IMG/VR virus record: IMGVR_UViG_3300017613_000561
Coordinates: 1-64,000 of that record
Strand: one strand, 5' to 3'
DNA: 64,000 nt
Origin: a virus
Every line of letters starts with the position of its first letter. The stretch's first letter is position 1. Of the stretch, positions 11,401-19,095 are shown one piece after another. Both the position numbers and the translations under genes were made by a program. The notes beneath the pieces were generated by a model. That model had not been told where the DNA came from and did no database searches. It saw only the letters and a list, made by a program, of their open reading frames with translations.

Positions 11401-11607
11401 TCAGGCGTCATATCTATATATTATGATAATAAACTTCAGGGTAGTTGGGAGGGAGACCCAGGAGCAATAAATAATATACAATTCGGTAATCGTAGTTCTG
11501 TAGGGGATGGTGGCATTAACGGAACCATAGATGATATAGCAATATTCAATAGGGCTTTGACTAGCATAGAAAGATTAGAGCTGTATAAACTAGTATCAGG
11601 TTCTTAG
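5467..11607 (+). CDS. large LamG/concanavalin A-like repeat protein (putative adhesin/receptor-binding protein)
   Basis: 2046 aa; eight tandem units starting PxxYWRLGE, with WHHxVxTYDG and GxIDEVAVY motifs, plus one nested LamG domain. Confidence 0.85.
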   Translation: MMYRLVVIAASNIGGGEPPGPSSEYYYDLVISDLPAGYWRLGEGATQIRPALIWLRGDATTYHNYDFTFLTSYNDSGDDYVKNNNGSTNLITLDTAVTTSEYTFEFWIQSKSISSNEVLLGILNTAETVVVAFQFYSGNLYFYNESGSYVNVDTLANLGFVNNTWTHVAAVRTSTDLDLYINGTHEHNTTVSGTYQIAKLRTQHTAAATDCWFTDIKISEEAVYTDDFTPPTRNSTTRFSTAEDTTTHAIDQINTFDGNYVNTPTLGAAGVLVGDSDTAVTFDDASDEYIGMGDVLDFDNDDPLSIECWFKTSVSSTQMSLISKNTHNSPYNGYDIYQHGTSNKIYFTLAETTPGNHIGVYTDNTYNDGNWHHLVVTYDGSTNASGVTIYVDGASVSTTTDSDDLGGTTVNTYSFNIASRNDGQYTFDGSMDEVAVYTHVLTPAQVKDHYIAGKYEVQEYAYYVLLSDPVAYWRLGESAGTNAKDLLGNYNGTYTNTPTLGATGALIDDLDTAVTFDDASSEYVTMGDVLDFDKDDPFSLECWFKTSTSGSYQMLVTKQNNTTTLGYAIYQHSSNELEFVLGNAVANYIVVDTDTTYNDNNWHHCVATYDGSEDAGGVTIYVDGVAVATTTVANNLTGTTLSSHPLLIGARQSTSYPWDGSIDEVAVYDYALPATQSWKHFYFGKHGFLFNLYEDVIKADTPLAYWRLGESSGTVAVDSIGPYPGTYTGTIIVNNAGALANDVDTAADFGAAAGHIDMGDVLDFASSDRFSLEAWFKTSSSSSQGIIGKFDTKGYLIQISSGTIYQYIRVTTTTNEIRKVSVKTFNDGNWHHCVVTYDGSSDASGLLLYVDGHVAECTATYDTLTGDMSNSTDLNVGAFNAGSKFRGLLDEVAIYGYTLDASQVYHHYLVGSEGRVPTTYDAVIKSDLPVAYWRLGETTGTVAFDQTGTYNGTYTNTPTLAAGGALFEDASTSVVFDEASDEYITMGDVLDFERTDSFSIACWFKTSTTGTTQMLISKNLSSGTYRGYAIYQSSTDDTLYFKLRSDNTGANQLDIKTDNTYNDGEWHHCVLTYDGSSDAKGAYFYIDGVLVDTTIGDNGLSTTTINSINFQIGARNGTNFPWDGSIDEVAVFDYALTHEKIKKHYSVGVTGYFGYAYQTMSSIPSVYWRLGDYPDVSTIARDEIRTFDGTYGGVNTLGVPALISGESDKAVTFGDATGDYISVSTGNEIVKTDQPFTISFWFSLNTYTGTKFIALVQVESDATEPYLIFLSNGYPGYAEICLGATANWAKGDADPDSSFVIDTLYHMVVTYNGQGSTTLGNYALYVDGEEITITTTSAYGSVTNQTILADDAANANYIDCDATIDEFVVLSKELTAYEVRSQYLLGKYGTLNYEQTILDLSPEAYWRMDEASGGLSDSVNSYDLTANGTPVYEETGLLFNDVNKAITFDGSTEYFEATATPPLGADDVSVYSITFWIEIDVLPAAAAIIYDQRRDSNGDSNVGFQLRSTGVFRSDKYPPSGSELDSNHVATTGRLYFVVYVEDGSSRKIYINGQLDNSDSSAETFTGSDTDMFGIGANVSSGLYKVEGTIDEMAVFTSALTATEIKHAYLLGKYSNAGYAYEILNIDPVAYWRLGESSGTAARDETLKHDGTYTNTPTLGASGTLVGDLDTAVSFDNSSNEYVSIADHVDLDGFSAFTIMAVVKPDSVTGSFGIVGKGSTSAWELQLYNSDFYFNINEGGGNSIAAGLTVVIGTTYFIVGTYDGSDMYLYVDAMEENTKSLTGSVNANAQALEIGRIRQDNTKDFDGVIDEVALFDYAVSASVIRELHWQGKYNNSGYGYTIYRKRPAVYLRLGESAGTVAHDVMGNQNGTYNGTVTLGATGLVFGDSDTALTTNGTATNYLSTGYHVDTDNDFSIVMSVNLASVAAATSFFSQGSTNDFLMWMDAAGATRFLANNATKITCATFSASTTYHIMMVRSSGVISIYYDNKLQGSWEGDPGAINNIQFGNRSSVGDGGINGTIDDIAIFNRALTSIERLELYKLVSGS

Positions 11608-11626
11608 TATTTAGAGGTAGGCACTA

Positions 11627-14600
11627 ATGTCTTTCCGTTCTTTTGGGTTATCACCGTATGGACTGCCCAAAGGAGTGCAGGGAACTGCTACCGACCACTC
11701 AGGGCAGAAAGCCCCCCGTCCGTATGGTCTATCCCCTTACGGGTTAGCCAAAAACCCCATATCTATCGTTACTGGTAACATTGCCACAGGCGTTGCTGGG
11801 CACTTCTCGTTTACAGGTAAGGCTTCTGAGGTATCCACCCCAACCACTGCCCAAGGCGTAGCAGGTCATCTTGCCTTAACAGGCAACGCTTCAGAAGCAG
11901 GTATACCTAATATAGCAGCAGGGGTGGCAGGGCATCTTACGCTTACAGGTAAAGTAGCTACTGCCAAAATAGACAACATTGCATTAGGTGTTGCAGGACA
12001 TCTTGACTTTACCGGCAATGCTTCAAAAACCACAGGGTCAAATACTGTTGAAGGTGTCGCAGGGCATTTAACTCTCACAGGAAAAGCAGCACAAGTCAAT
12101 ACACCTACCACCAGTTTAGGTGTAGCTGGGCATCTGTCTTTAACGGGGAAAGATGCTACCGCTAAGACTATTCCTTACCACTGGGCGCAGGGGGTTGCTG
12201 GGCATTTATCCTTAACTGGGAAAACTGCTACTGCCAAGATAGACAATATTGCTCAAGGTGTATCTGGGCATTTGAGTCTCACCGGTAATGCTTCGATAAC
12301 CACCCAGAAAGATACTGCTCTGGGTGTAGCAGGCCACCTGCCGTTCCTTAAGAAGTTCGGTAAGGTAGATAACGGGATCACGGTAACTACGGAGATTAAA
12401 GAAGGTCCGATAGATTATACCGATGATGTACTGGTAGACATCACCCCTGTAGTTTCTGAGTATGTAACCACCGGGATACCTATAGGTTATAACGTAACCG
12501 GCATATATGGTGCGGGTAGCTCCGGGATCAACGGTACGACATTAAACACTGGTCCTATAAACCAGCCTGGAGTTAATTACCCAGGACCGGACATTCAGGC
12601 CAATCTGAACTTTAGCTGGTCTCAGGGAGCAGTTCTGGTTGGGGGTATGACCTTTAAGTACGTCCTGATGGACGATGCTGAATATGGTCATGGAGAGCTG
12701 AACCATAAGTATGGGCAGGGCACACCAGAACCGGTGGTGTATAGTTCTGATCTGAATATGGTGTGGGAGCTTGATGCATATGTAGCCACTGCTCAGATTA
12801 ATGAGTTAAATTTCAGATTAGCCCATACTGGTGTTGACTATTACGCAGATTGTTTAAGTGAGATAAATGCTTTAAGGGTAGCAGAGGATCTGCCCCCGTT
12901 ATTACGCTACTCAAATGTTTCAGGTATCCCAGGATCAGATATTGCTTGGGATATGTCACATCAAATGGCTAAGCACAGTATTTTTGCCACAGAGAGCCCA
13001 TCCTTTGATGAAGGCTTTAGGACCCTGGAGGATTACAGTAACATGGTACCAGAAGGGGTGTGGAAGATAGGTGCTCTGGCAGCAGTTTGGGCTATGGATT
13101 CCATACCAACCCCAGCAGATTTAGTTGCATGGTTTGCAGCACAGCCTACATCATTGGAATATATGCTGGATGACTACAAGGAAGATAACAGCCCAGACCC
13201 CAGCAATAAATACGAACATTTTTGGATAGGCATTGAGTATAATTGGGAAAACGCTAGTCTGGATGGACCTACAGGCAATCCGGCTGGTACCAAGTATGCC
13301 TACATCACCTTTATATTTGGCGGAGTACTACAGGCGGGAGCAGACGGTATGCAAGAGATATCCTTAAACAACAAATACCAGATGGCGGCATACTCTGTAA
13401 GCACTCTGAGTAATAAGTATGAGCAGGATGCTTATACGGAGGTTCTGGTACAACATGATTCACCGTATGGGCTCAGGGTGGCAAATCAACATGAGGCTCC
13501 TTTTGGCTCTAGGGCTACCCAGCAGCATGTTGCTCCTATCACTTACAGGGTAGCAAGGCAGTTGGATGCCCCTTACGGGGAAATGGTACGTGTGATTACC
13601 CAGCATGACTCTAAATATGCTATCCAGCAGTACAACTTTGTAACCACAGACCATGCGGCCCTTTGGAGTATAGGTAATGTAGTGGTTCAGCACAACGCCC
13701 CTTATGTGGGACTAGGCCGAGTGCAAGTGCAGCACTTAAGTGCATACACTGCCACAGATACGGTAGTGAAGCAGCATGATGCTCCATATAGGATAGATGA
13801 CTTTAATAGGGTGCTTTCGGACCTGACCAGTATTTGGAGCATGATGTCGGATACTGATTATGCTGCAGCTCCGATCAGAAAGCTTATCCATAATGGGGTG
13901 GAGATAGAAATAGACTCCCTCACACTGTCCAGTTCTGAGAGCGGTGTAGCGTGGGAGTTTGAAGCTGCCCTTGTGGATGTAAAGGACTACAAGACTATTA
14001 CCAGAAGGGACACCATCATAGTGCAGCTGGCTGCAGACCAGTACACCATGGTTGTGGAGAGTAAGGAGTTGAATAGATCAGATCCAGCAGAAGTAACCAT
14101 GAGGCTGCGTGGAGCCAGTCCTATTGTTCTGAAGGCCCCACCGCATGCACAGACGATAACCAAATCGTACACCTCCATTATGTCTGCCAAGGCCATTGTG
14201 GAGGATCTCCTTGGTGAATCAGTAACGTGGGGCATTGTAGACTGGTTTATTCCTGCATATCGCATGGCGGTGTCCAACGGGTCGGCAATTACGGCTGCCC
14301 AGCGGGTTGTAGAGGCCGTAGGTGGTGTTATTGAGTCGAACTTGAACGGAACGATCAATATACGGCCGAAGTACCCTGTGACGGTTCCAGACTTCAGTAC
14401 TGCTACCCCTGACATGGTTTTGACGGACATAGATGACAATTTGTCAGTATCTGAAGGATTCCATATGGTAGAGAGTTATAATGTCTACCGGGTGAAGGAT
14501 GGGGACTCTGTATACCAGGATAAGCTGGAGCATGTTCCTGATCCAGATAACAAGTTTGCTCCCTGTACTATCAGGTGTTACCCGACCCCATGGAGGACGA

Positions 14601-14920
14601 ATGTAACCCTGAAGCATACCTGGGATTCTCGTATATCTCTGGCCTACGTTGGTGAAGTTACTCGGGTAGTGGAAGAAGAGCTGGTAGAATTCGTAGCAGG
14701 TGTTGGTAATTTGAAGTACCCTGCTACAAGTATCACGCTGGTAGATTGGGAGTCTTTGGCATTGACCGGGCTGACTTTCGACCCGTACACCAGCAAGGTG
14801 ACCACAAGTAACCCAGAGGATTATGGTTTGGCTAAGATAACGTACCAGACGAAATCTATAGATTACACAGCCACTCAGCCTGCAGACACTGATGCTCAGT
14901 TTGTGTTGGAGGATGCATAA
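11627..14920 (+). CDS. mosaic tail protein (GVAGHL repeats, CAP-like segment, QHxAPY repeats, hub/baseplate-like C-terminus)
   Basis: 1097 aa; internal repeats visible in translation; GAGG RBS. Confidence 0.6.
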   Translation: MSFRSFGLSPYGLPKGVQGTATDHSGQKAPRPYGLSPYGLAKNPISIVTGNIATGVAGHFSFTGKASEVSTPTTAQGVAGHLALTGNASEAGIPNIAAGVAGHLTLTGKVATAKIDNIALGVAGHLDFTGNASKTTGSNTVEGVAGHLTLTGKAAQVNTPTTSLGVAGHLSLTGKDATAKTIPYHWAQGVAGHLSLTGKTATAKIDNIAQGVSGHLSLTGNASITTQKDTALGVAGHLPFLKKFGKVDNGITVTTEIKEGPIDYTDDVLVDITPVVSEYVTTGIPIGYNVTGIYGAGSSGINGTTLNTGPINQPGVNYPGPDIQANLNFSWSQGAVLVGGMTFKYVLMDDAEYGHGELNHKYGQGTPEPVVYSSDLNMVWELDAYVATAQINELNFRLAHTGVDYYADCLSEINALRVAEDLPPLLRYSNVSGIPGSDIAWDMSHQMAKHSIFATESPSFDEGFRTLEDYSNMVPEGVWKIGALAAVWAMDSIPTPADLVAWFAAQPTSLEYMLDDYKEDNSPDPSNKYEHFWIGIEYNWENASLDGPTGNPAGTKYAYITFIFGGVLQAGADGMQEISLNNKYQMAAYSVSTLSNKYEQDAYTEVLVQHDSPYGLRVANQHEAPFGSRATQQHVAPITYRVARQLDAPYGEMVRVITQHDSKYAIQQYNFVTTDHAALWSIGNVVVQHNAPYVGLGRVQVQHLSAYTATDTVVKQHDAPYRIDDFNRVLSDLTSIWSMMSDTDYAAAPIRKLIHNGVEIEIDSLTLSSSESGVAWEFEAALVDVKDYKTITRRDTIIVQLAADQYTMVVESKELNRSDPAEVTMRLRGASPIVLKAPPHAQTITKSYTSIMSAKAIVEDLLGESVTWGIVDWFIPAYRMAVSNGSAITAAQRVVEAVGGVIESNLNGTINIRPKYPVTVPDFSTATPDMVLTDIDDNLSVSEGFHMVESYNVYRVKDGDSVYQDKLEHVPDPDNKFAPCTIRCYPTPWRTNVTLKHTWDSRISLAYVGEVTRVVEEELVEFVAGVGNLKYPATSITLVDWESLALTGLTFDPYTSKVTTSNPEDYGLAKITYQTKSIDYTATQPADTDAQFVLEDA
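11780..12350 (+). repeat. nine ~22-aa coding repeats (A.GVAGHL.LTG.A)
   Basis: directly visible in translation of 11627..14920; boundaries approximate. Confidence 0.85.
13732..13743. repeat. palindrome GCACTTAAGTGC
   Basis: exact copy inside CDS. Confidence 0.9.
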
Positions 14921-15435
14921 TGGCCGCTGTAACCACAAGTCTAGTAGTCTCCCTGACCTCTGATTCTGTAGCAGATGCTTCTATCTATAAGGCGGAGTTT
15001 GATAGTCGTACTGCCGGTGAAGGTGGGCTGAACAATGGAGATACCAGCTTTTCTCCGGGAGATAACCTTGGATTCCTGCTGTACAGGAGTTCTAACATCA
15101 ACGATGCGGCTACCATCATAACCCCATCCCTTGGGAGTATTATCAGCTTAAACAACGGCTCAAGGGCTATCACTGAGTTCATAAAGTTCACTAATACCAA
15201 GGAAGTGGCCCCCCAGTATCCCATTGCCGGAAACTTCACGTATACCTGGATGGGGAATAATCTAGGGGCGGTATCTCAGGTTAATGACAGGAAACTGACC
15301 ATTCCGGCTGACGGTGTAGGTGTAGCAAAGATCACGTACACCACGACTTTTAAGCAGTACAAGCTGACGAATACCAAGATACCGGGAGAGGATGAATATG
15401 ATGTTCTGATATACATCGCTGGGGAGACAGTATGA
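14920..15435 (+). CDS. tail/baseplate-associated protein
   Basis: translationally coupled, beta-rich, structural module. Confidence 0.5.
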   Translation: MAAVTTSLVVSLTSDSVADASIYKAEFDSRTAGEGGLNNGDTSFSPGDNLGFLLYRSSNINDAATIITPSLGSIISLNNGSRAITEFIKFTNTKEVAPQYPIAGNFTYTWMGNNLGAVSQVNDRKLTIPADGVGVAKITYTTTFKQYKLTNTKIPGEDEYDVLIYIAGETV

Positions 15436-15740
15436 TAGACGTTATGGTAGCCAGATTACCTGCAGATAAGCAGGGGCAGGATATCCAGGACTCGTTGATT
15501 ACTTCCATCCCGGCAGCTCTGGCTAGGGGCCAGATGGAGATAGACGACCATTCAGACCTCCAACCCCTCCAGGTATCCATCCTTTACAGGTCAGGACTGA
15601 AACCGGGTATTTTGGTAAATGTACACGATGCTATTCAAGGTGCGTCTTGGCCTGGGAAAGTAGAGGGAGTAAGATTTAGTACCAGCGGAACTATGCTACT
15701 GGCAGTTTTGGATATTGTGAAGCCCGGGGATGTAAATTGA
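15432..15740 (+). CDS. tail/baseplate-associated protein
   Basis: ATGA overlap; GGGGAG RBS. Confidence 0.5.
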   Translation: MIDVMVARLPADKQGQDIQDSLITSIPAALARGQMEIDDHSDLQPLQVSILYRSGLKPGILVNVHDAIQGASWPGKVEGVRFSTSGTMLLAVLDIVKPGDVN

Positions 15741-15961
15741 GCGAACTATCTGATTTGTTGAAGGTTTTAAGCTCACCAACCCCAAAGTCAGGTGTTGTTG
15801 TGCTGGTAGCGGAGAACACGGTTACAGTTAGTACCAGTGCAGGCCCCAAGGTTATAAGGAACACAGGGGCTTATCAACGTGGGGACACTTTGATGTTGCG
15901 CGGGGATGAGATACTTGGTAAGACAGCTTCAGTAGCAAGTTTACCTGTATATTACGTTTAG
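15737..15961 (+). CDS. small OB-fold-like baseplate-associated protein
   Basis: TTG start overlapping upstream stop; GVVV...YQRGDTLML pattern. Confidence 0.45.
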   Translation: MSELSDLLKVLSSPTPKSGVVVLVAENTVTVSTSAGPKVIRNTGAYQRGDTLMLRGDEILGKTASVASLPVYYV

Positions 15962-15983
15962 TTATTTTACTTAGGGGTGGTCA

Positions 15984-16301
15984 ATGGTACCCATCACTTT
16001 ATATCAATGGAAGCAGTTTATTGAAGGAGGCTATCGCTCACATCGCCAAGATTATATCCAACAGAATCGTATAGATGGTGATTTATCTATTCGTGAGTAT
16101 AAGTCAATCCAAGGTGATATGGTAGTTGCTCAAATGATCACAAATGAGGTTACTGGGGAGCAAACATTTGAAGCTCTTCAAGATTTAGTAGATCAGACTT
16201 CGTGGATCTATATTCCCACGGATGAAGAATACGAAGAGTGGTCTGAACAGGGGTTATTCATCCCGGATGAGATAGCTAAGAGGGAGACTCCACCAACATG
16301 A
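15984..16301 (+). CDS. hypothetical protein
   Basis: ORF with AGGGGT RBS. Confidence 0.5.
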   Translation: MVPITLYQWKQFIEGGYRSHRQDYIQQNRIDGDLSIREYKSIQGDMVVAQMITNEVTGEQTFEALQDLVDQTSWIYIPTDEEYEEWSEQGLFIPDEIAKRETPPT

Positions 16302-17431
16302 GTTTTACTATCCCTGCTGCTGTTCATCTGATGCAAACCGACTGGGACGTTGACGCTCGTGCCCGTGGAGCTTTTACTGAAGGGACATTCAATACTCGCA
16401 ACACTAAAACCAACGGCTCCCTCCCTTTGACAGGTTCTGCCGCTACTGGCTTTGTTAATACTACGACTAATGGGTTTCGAGGCGTATATTGGGAGTTCTT
16501 GGCATCTGGCGGATACGATGTGTCTACTGATACCAAGGTTTGTATATTCACGTTCCAGTTTAATGCGCCTAACAGATTGGAGATGGAGACAGCGGCCAAC
16601 AATGGTATTGTGGTCCGGTTAGGTAGTGGTTCTGCGTCACCCCCCACTAACTACAGAACTTTCCAAGTTGGTGGGCAGGATGTGGCCATGGGCAAGGCCA
16701 GGGAGTTTCCGAATCACCTTGTCATAGACATGAACAACACAACGCAAGAAGCAACCGTTGGGACCTACGACAACACGGATGTTGAGTGTTTAGGTATAGG
16801 CACCACTTCATATACAACCATGGGCGGTACCACGACCCAGATATTTCTACAGCGCATGTTCGTGTTTGATACGACCAAGAACGCTACCAACATCCCCCGG
16901 TTCACTGGGGCAGGTAGTGATTGGGACGATGTCATCACAGCATTAGGAACCGCGTATAATACCAAAATTACTCACGGGTGGTTGTTACGGGAAGGGAATG
17001 TCTTTTCCCTAGCTTGCCCCATTGAGATTGGTGATAATTCAACGGCCACCACGTTTAATGATAATGGTGCTTCAGTATTCTGGCAGGACTCAGACGATCC
17101 CGCTGATCCTAGAGTACGTTTAACGGATCAAGCCTTTCGGGTATATTTAAACCTAAGAAACAACGTGGCTGACACTGCGACATTCAGTGGGTCTTATGAT
17201 GCGGGTAATAGTTATCCGCCATGGGATTTTGACCAAGACGATAATGCGGTGGTTACTTTTAATGGTGCAACTTTCAAACGAACAGGTCAATTTGATGTGG
17301 GGTCTAGCATCACTGGCACTGCTACGTTTGACGATTGTGGGGTGGTTTATTGTAATGATAACTCAGTCGATTTGGATGGTAGTACATTCAAGAATCCGCA
17401 TGGCGATCACTTATTGAGGTTAGCCGCATGA
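16298..17431 (+). CDS. virion protein, paralog of 17428..19083
   Basis: shares NGSLPL, YDVSxDTK, NAPNR, DPRVR blocks with the next gene. Confidence 0.6.
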   Translation: MSFTIPAAVHLMQTDWDVDARARGAFTEGTFNTRNTKTNGSLPLTGSAATGFVNTTTNGFRGVYWEFLASGGYDVSTDTKVCIFTFQFNAPNRLEMETAANNGIVVRLGSGSASPPTNYRTFQVGGQDVAMGKAREFPNHLVIDMNNTTQEATVGTYDNTDVECLGIGTTSYTTMGGTTTQIFLQRMFVFDTTKNATNIPRFTGAGSDWDDVITALGTAYNTKITHGWLLREGNVFSLACPIEIGDNSTATTFNDNGASVFWQDSDDPADPRVRLTDQAFRVYLNLRNNVADTATFSGSYDAGNSYPPWDFDQDDNAVVTFNGATFKRTGQFDVGSSITGTATFDDCGVVYCNDNSVDLDGSTFKNPHGDHLLRLAA

Positions 17432-19083
17432 CTTTCGCGCTCCCTACAGTTAAAGACGCTTGCGCCATAACTCGTGGTGCCACGGACCCTAAGTGGTTGG
17501 CAGATATCAATTCTCCAACCAATACTGGTGTGAAAGCAAACGGCAGTCTGCCCTTGGCGGATAGTGCAACCGAGTTTGATAACAATTTGGCTGGTTCAAC
17601 CAAGGGGTATGCCAAAGAGTTTGAGAACGGGCAATCCCCTGCTTATGATGTGTCAAGTGATACTAAGTTAATGCTATGGCACACTCAATGTAATGCACCA
17701 AACAGAATACAGATTGATTCGGTAAGTAATGGCGGATTAATACTTCGCCTTTATTCCGGGACAGGATCACCACCAACTGTGTACCGGGATTTTTATGTGG
17801 GGGGTAATGACACTCCCTATGCCGCTTCTATCTCTGGGCAATACCCGTTGGTCTTGGACCTGAACGATGCCACGCATGACGCATCCAACGGCAGCTTTGA
17901 TAATACGAATGTCACCAGTATTGGTATCATGACCACCCGGTTTAATTTGGCTGGGACTTCCACCAATTGGAATTACCAAGGCAAGCTGTACATTATTGAT
18001 ACAACCAAGGCGTCTTCTAACACACCGACATTCAGTGGGTCAGGAGCCAAGGCCCTAGATGCTGTTACTGCTATTCAGGGATCGGACTATACAGATAAGT
18101 ATGGAAACTGGGTTAGAAAGATCGGGGCGGTTATCTTCATTGATATGCCGTTCCGTATTGGTAATAACTCATCCATTACAACTTTCGATGACGAAGGCAA
18201 TACTATCATCAGCCCGAAAGCTAATGACGGTGCAGATCCGAGAGTACGAGTTACAACCCAAGCCTTTCGAACTTATTTGAACCTGAGGAATAACGCTTCG
18301 GACACTGCTGATTTCAGCGGTACTTGGATCTGGCAGGTTCGATCACCCTTTGATTGGGATCAGGATGATAGTGCAGTAGTGACCTTCACAAACCCTACGT
18401 TTAAAGGTATGGGCGAGTTCACTTTAGGGTCTAGCATTACAGGTCCAGCAGTTTTTGATGATGTAGATTCAGTGGTTTTTGCTGATACTGGTGTTGATAT
18501 AGATGGGTCTACATTTAGAAACCAAAATGGCACATATGCCTTAAAGATGACGGTGGGAGCTATGGATATAGCAGATATGAGATTTGAGTCGTATGCCGGT
18601 AAACATGCGATTCTGATTGATACAGCGGGTACATATGAGTTTGATAATGTATATTTTGATCAATCTGGAACGAATGATGTTGAAACAACTCATGCAACGG
18701 GTACGGTGACTATTAATGTAGTTAACGGTGGGACTGTACCTACAGTTACTGAAACAGGAGCTGGGTCAGTTGTTATTAATAATAACAAATCATTAACAAT
18801 CAATGTACAGGATGAATCAAAAGTAGCTATTCAGAACGCTCAATGTTCTATCCGTCTACTAGACAGTCCATATACTCAGTTAATGAATGAAGATTCGACA
18901 GCTCTGGGAGTAGCCACGGAACTTTATAATTATGGAGGTGCACCTGTTGATATTGTGTGGAAGGTGAGGAAGTCGGAAGATACGGATAATCCTCGTTATT
19001 TTGCACAGTCTGGGACAGGACAAATTGCTGCTTCAGGGTTTGAAATAACAGTAACTTTGAAAGAGAATCAGTTTATCCAATAG
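17428..19083 (+). CDS. virion protein with beta-helix-like C-terminus
   Basis: paralog of the previous gene plus ~175-aa extension. Confidence 0.6.
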   Translation: MTFALPTVKDACAITRGATDPKWLADINSPTNTGVKANGSLPLADSATEFDNNLAGSTKGYAKEFENGQSPAYDVSSDTKLMLWHTQCNAPNRIQIDSVSNGGLILRLYSGTGSPPTVYRDFYVGGNDTPYAASISGQYPLVLDLNDATHDASNGSFDNTNVTSIGIMTTRFNLAGTSTNWNYQGKLYIIDTTKASSNTPTFSGSGAKALDAVTAIQGSDYTDKYGNWVRKIGAVIFIDMPFRIGNNSSITTFDDEGNTIISPKANDGADPRVRVTTQAFRTYLNLRNNASDTADFSGTWIWQVRSPFDWDQDDSAVVTFTNPTFKGMGEFTLGSSITGPAVFDDVDSVVFADTGVDIDGSTFRNQNGTYALKMTVGAMDIADMRFESYAGKHAILIDTAGTYEFDNVYFDQSGTNDVETTHATGTVTINVVNGGTVPTVTETGAGSVVINNNKSLTINVQDESKVAIQNAQCSIRLLDSPYTQLMNEDSTALGVATELYNYGGAPVDIVWKVRKSEDTDNPRYFAQSGTGQIAASGFEITVTLKENQFIQ

Positions 19084-19095
19084 GAGAAGAGTAAA

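Noticed and set aside
5467-11607. Diversity-generating retroelement target
   Set aside because: No reverse transcriptase and no TR/VR pair with adenine-specific differences seen in the window
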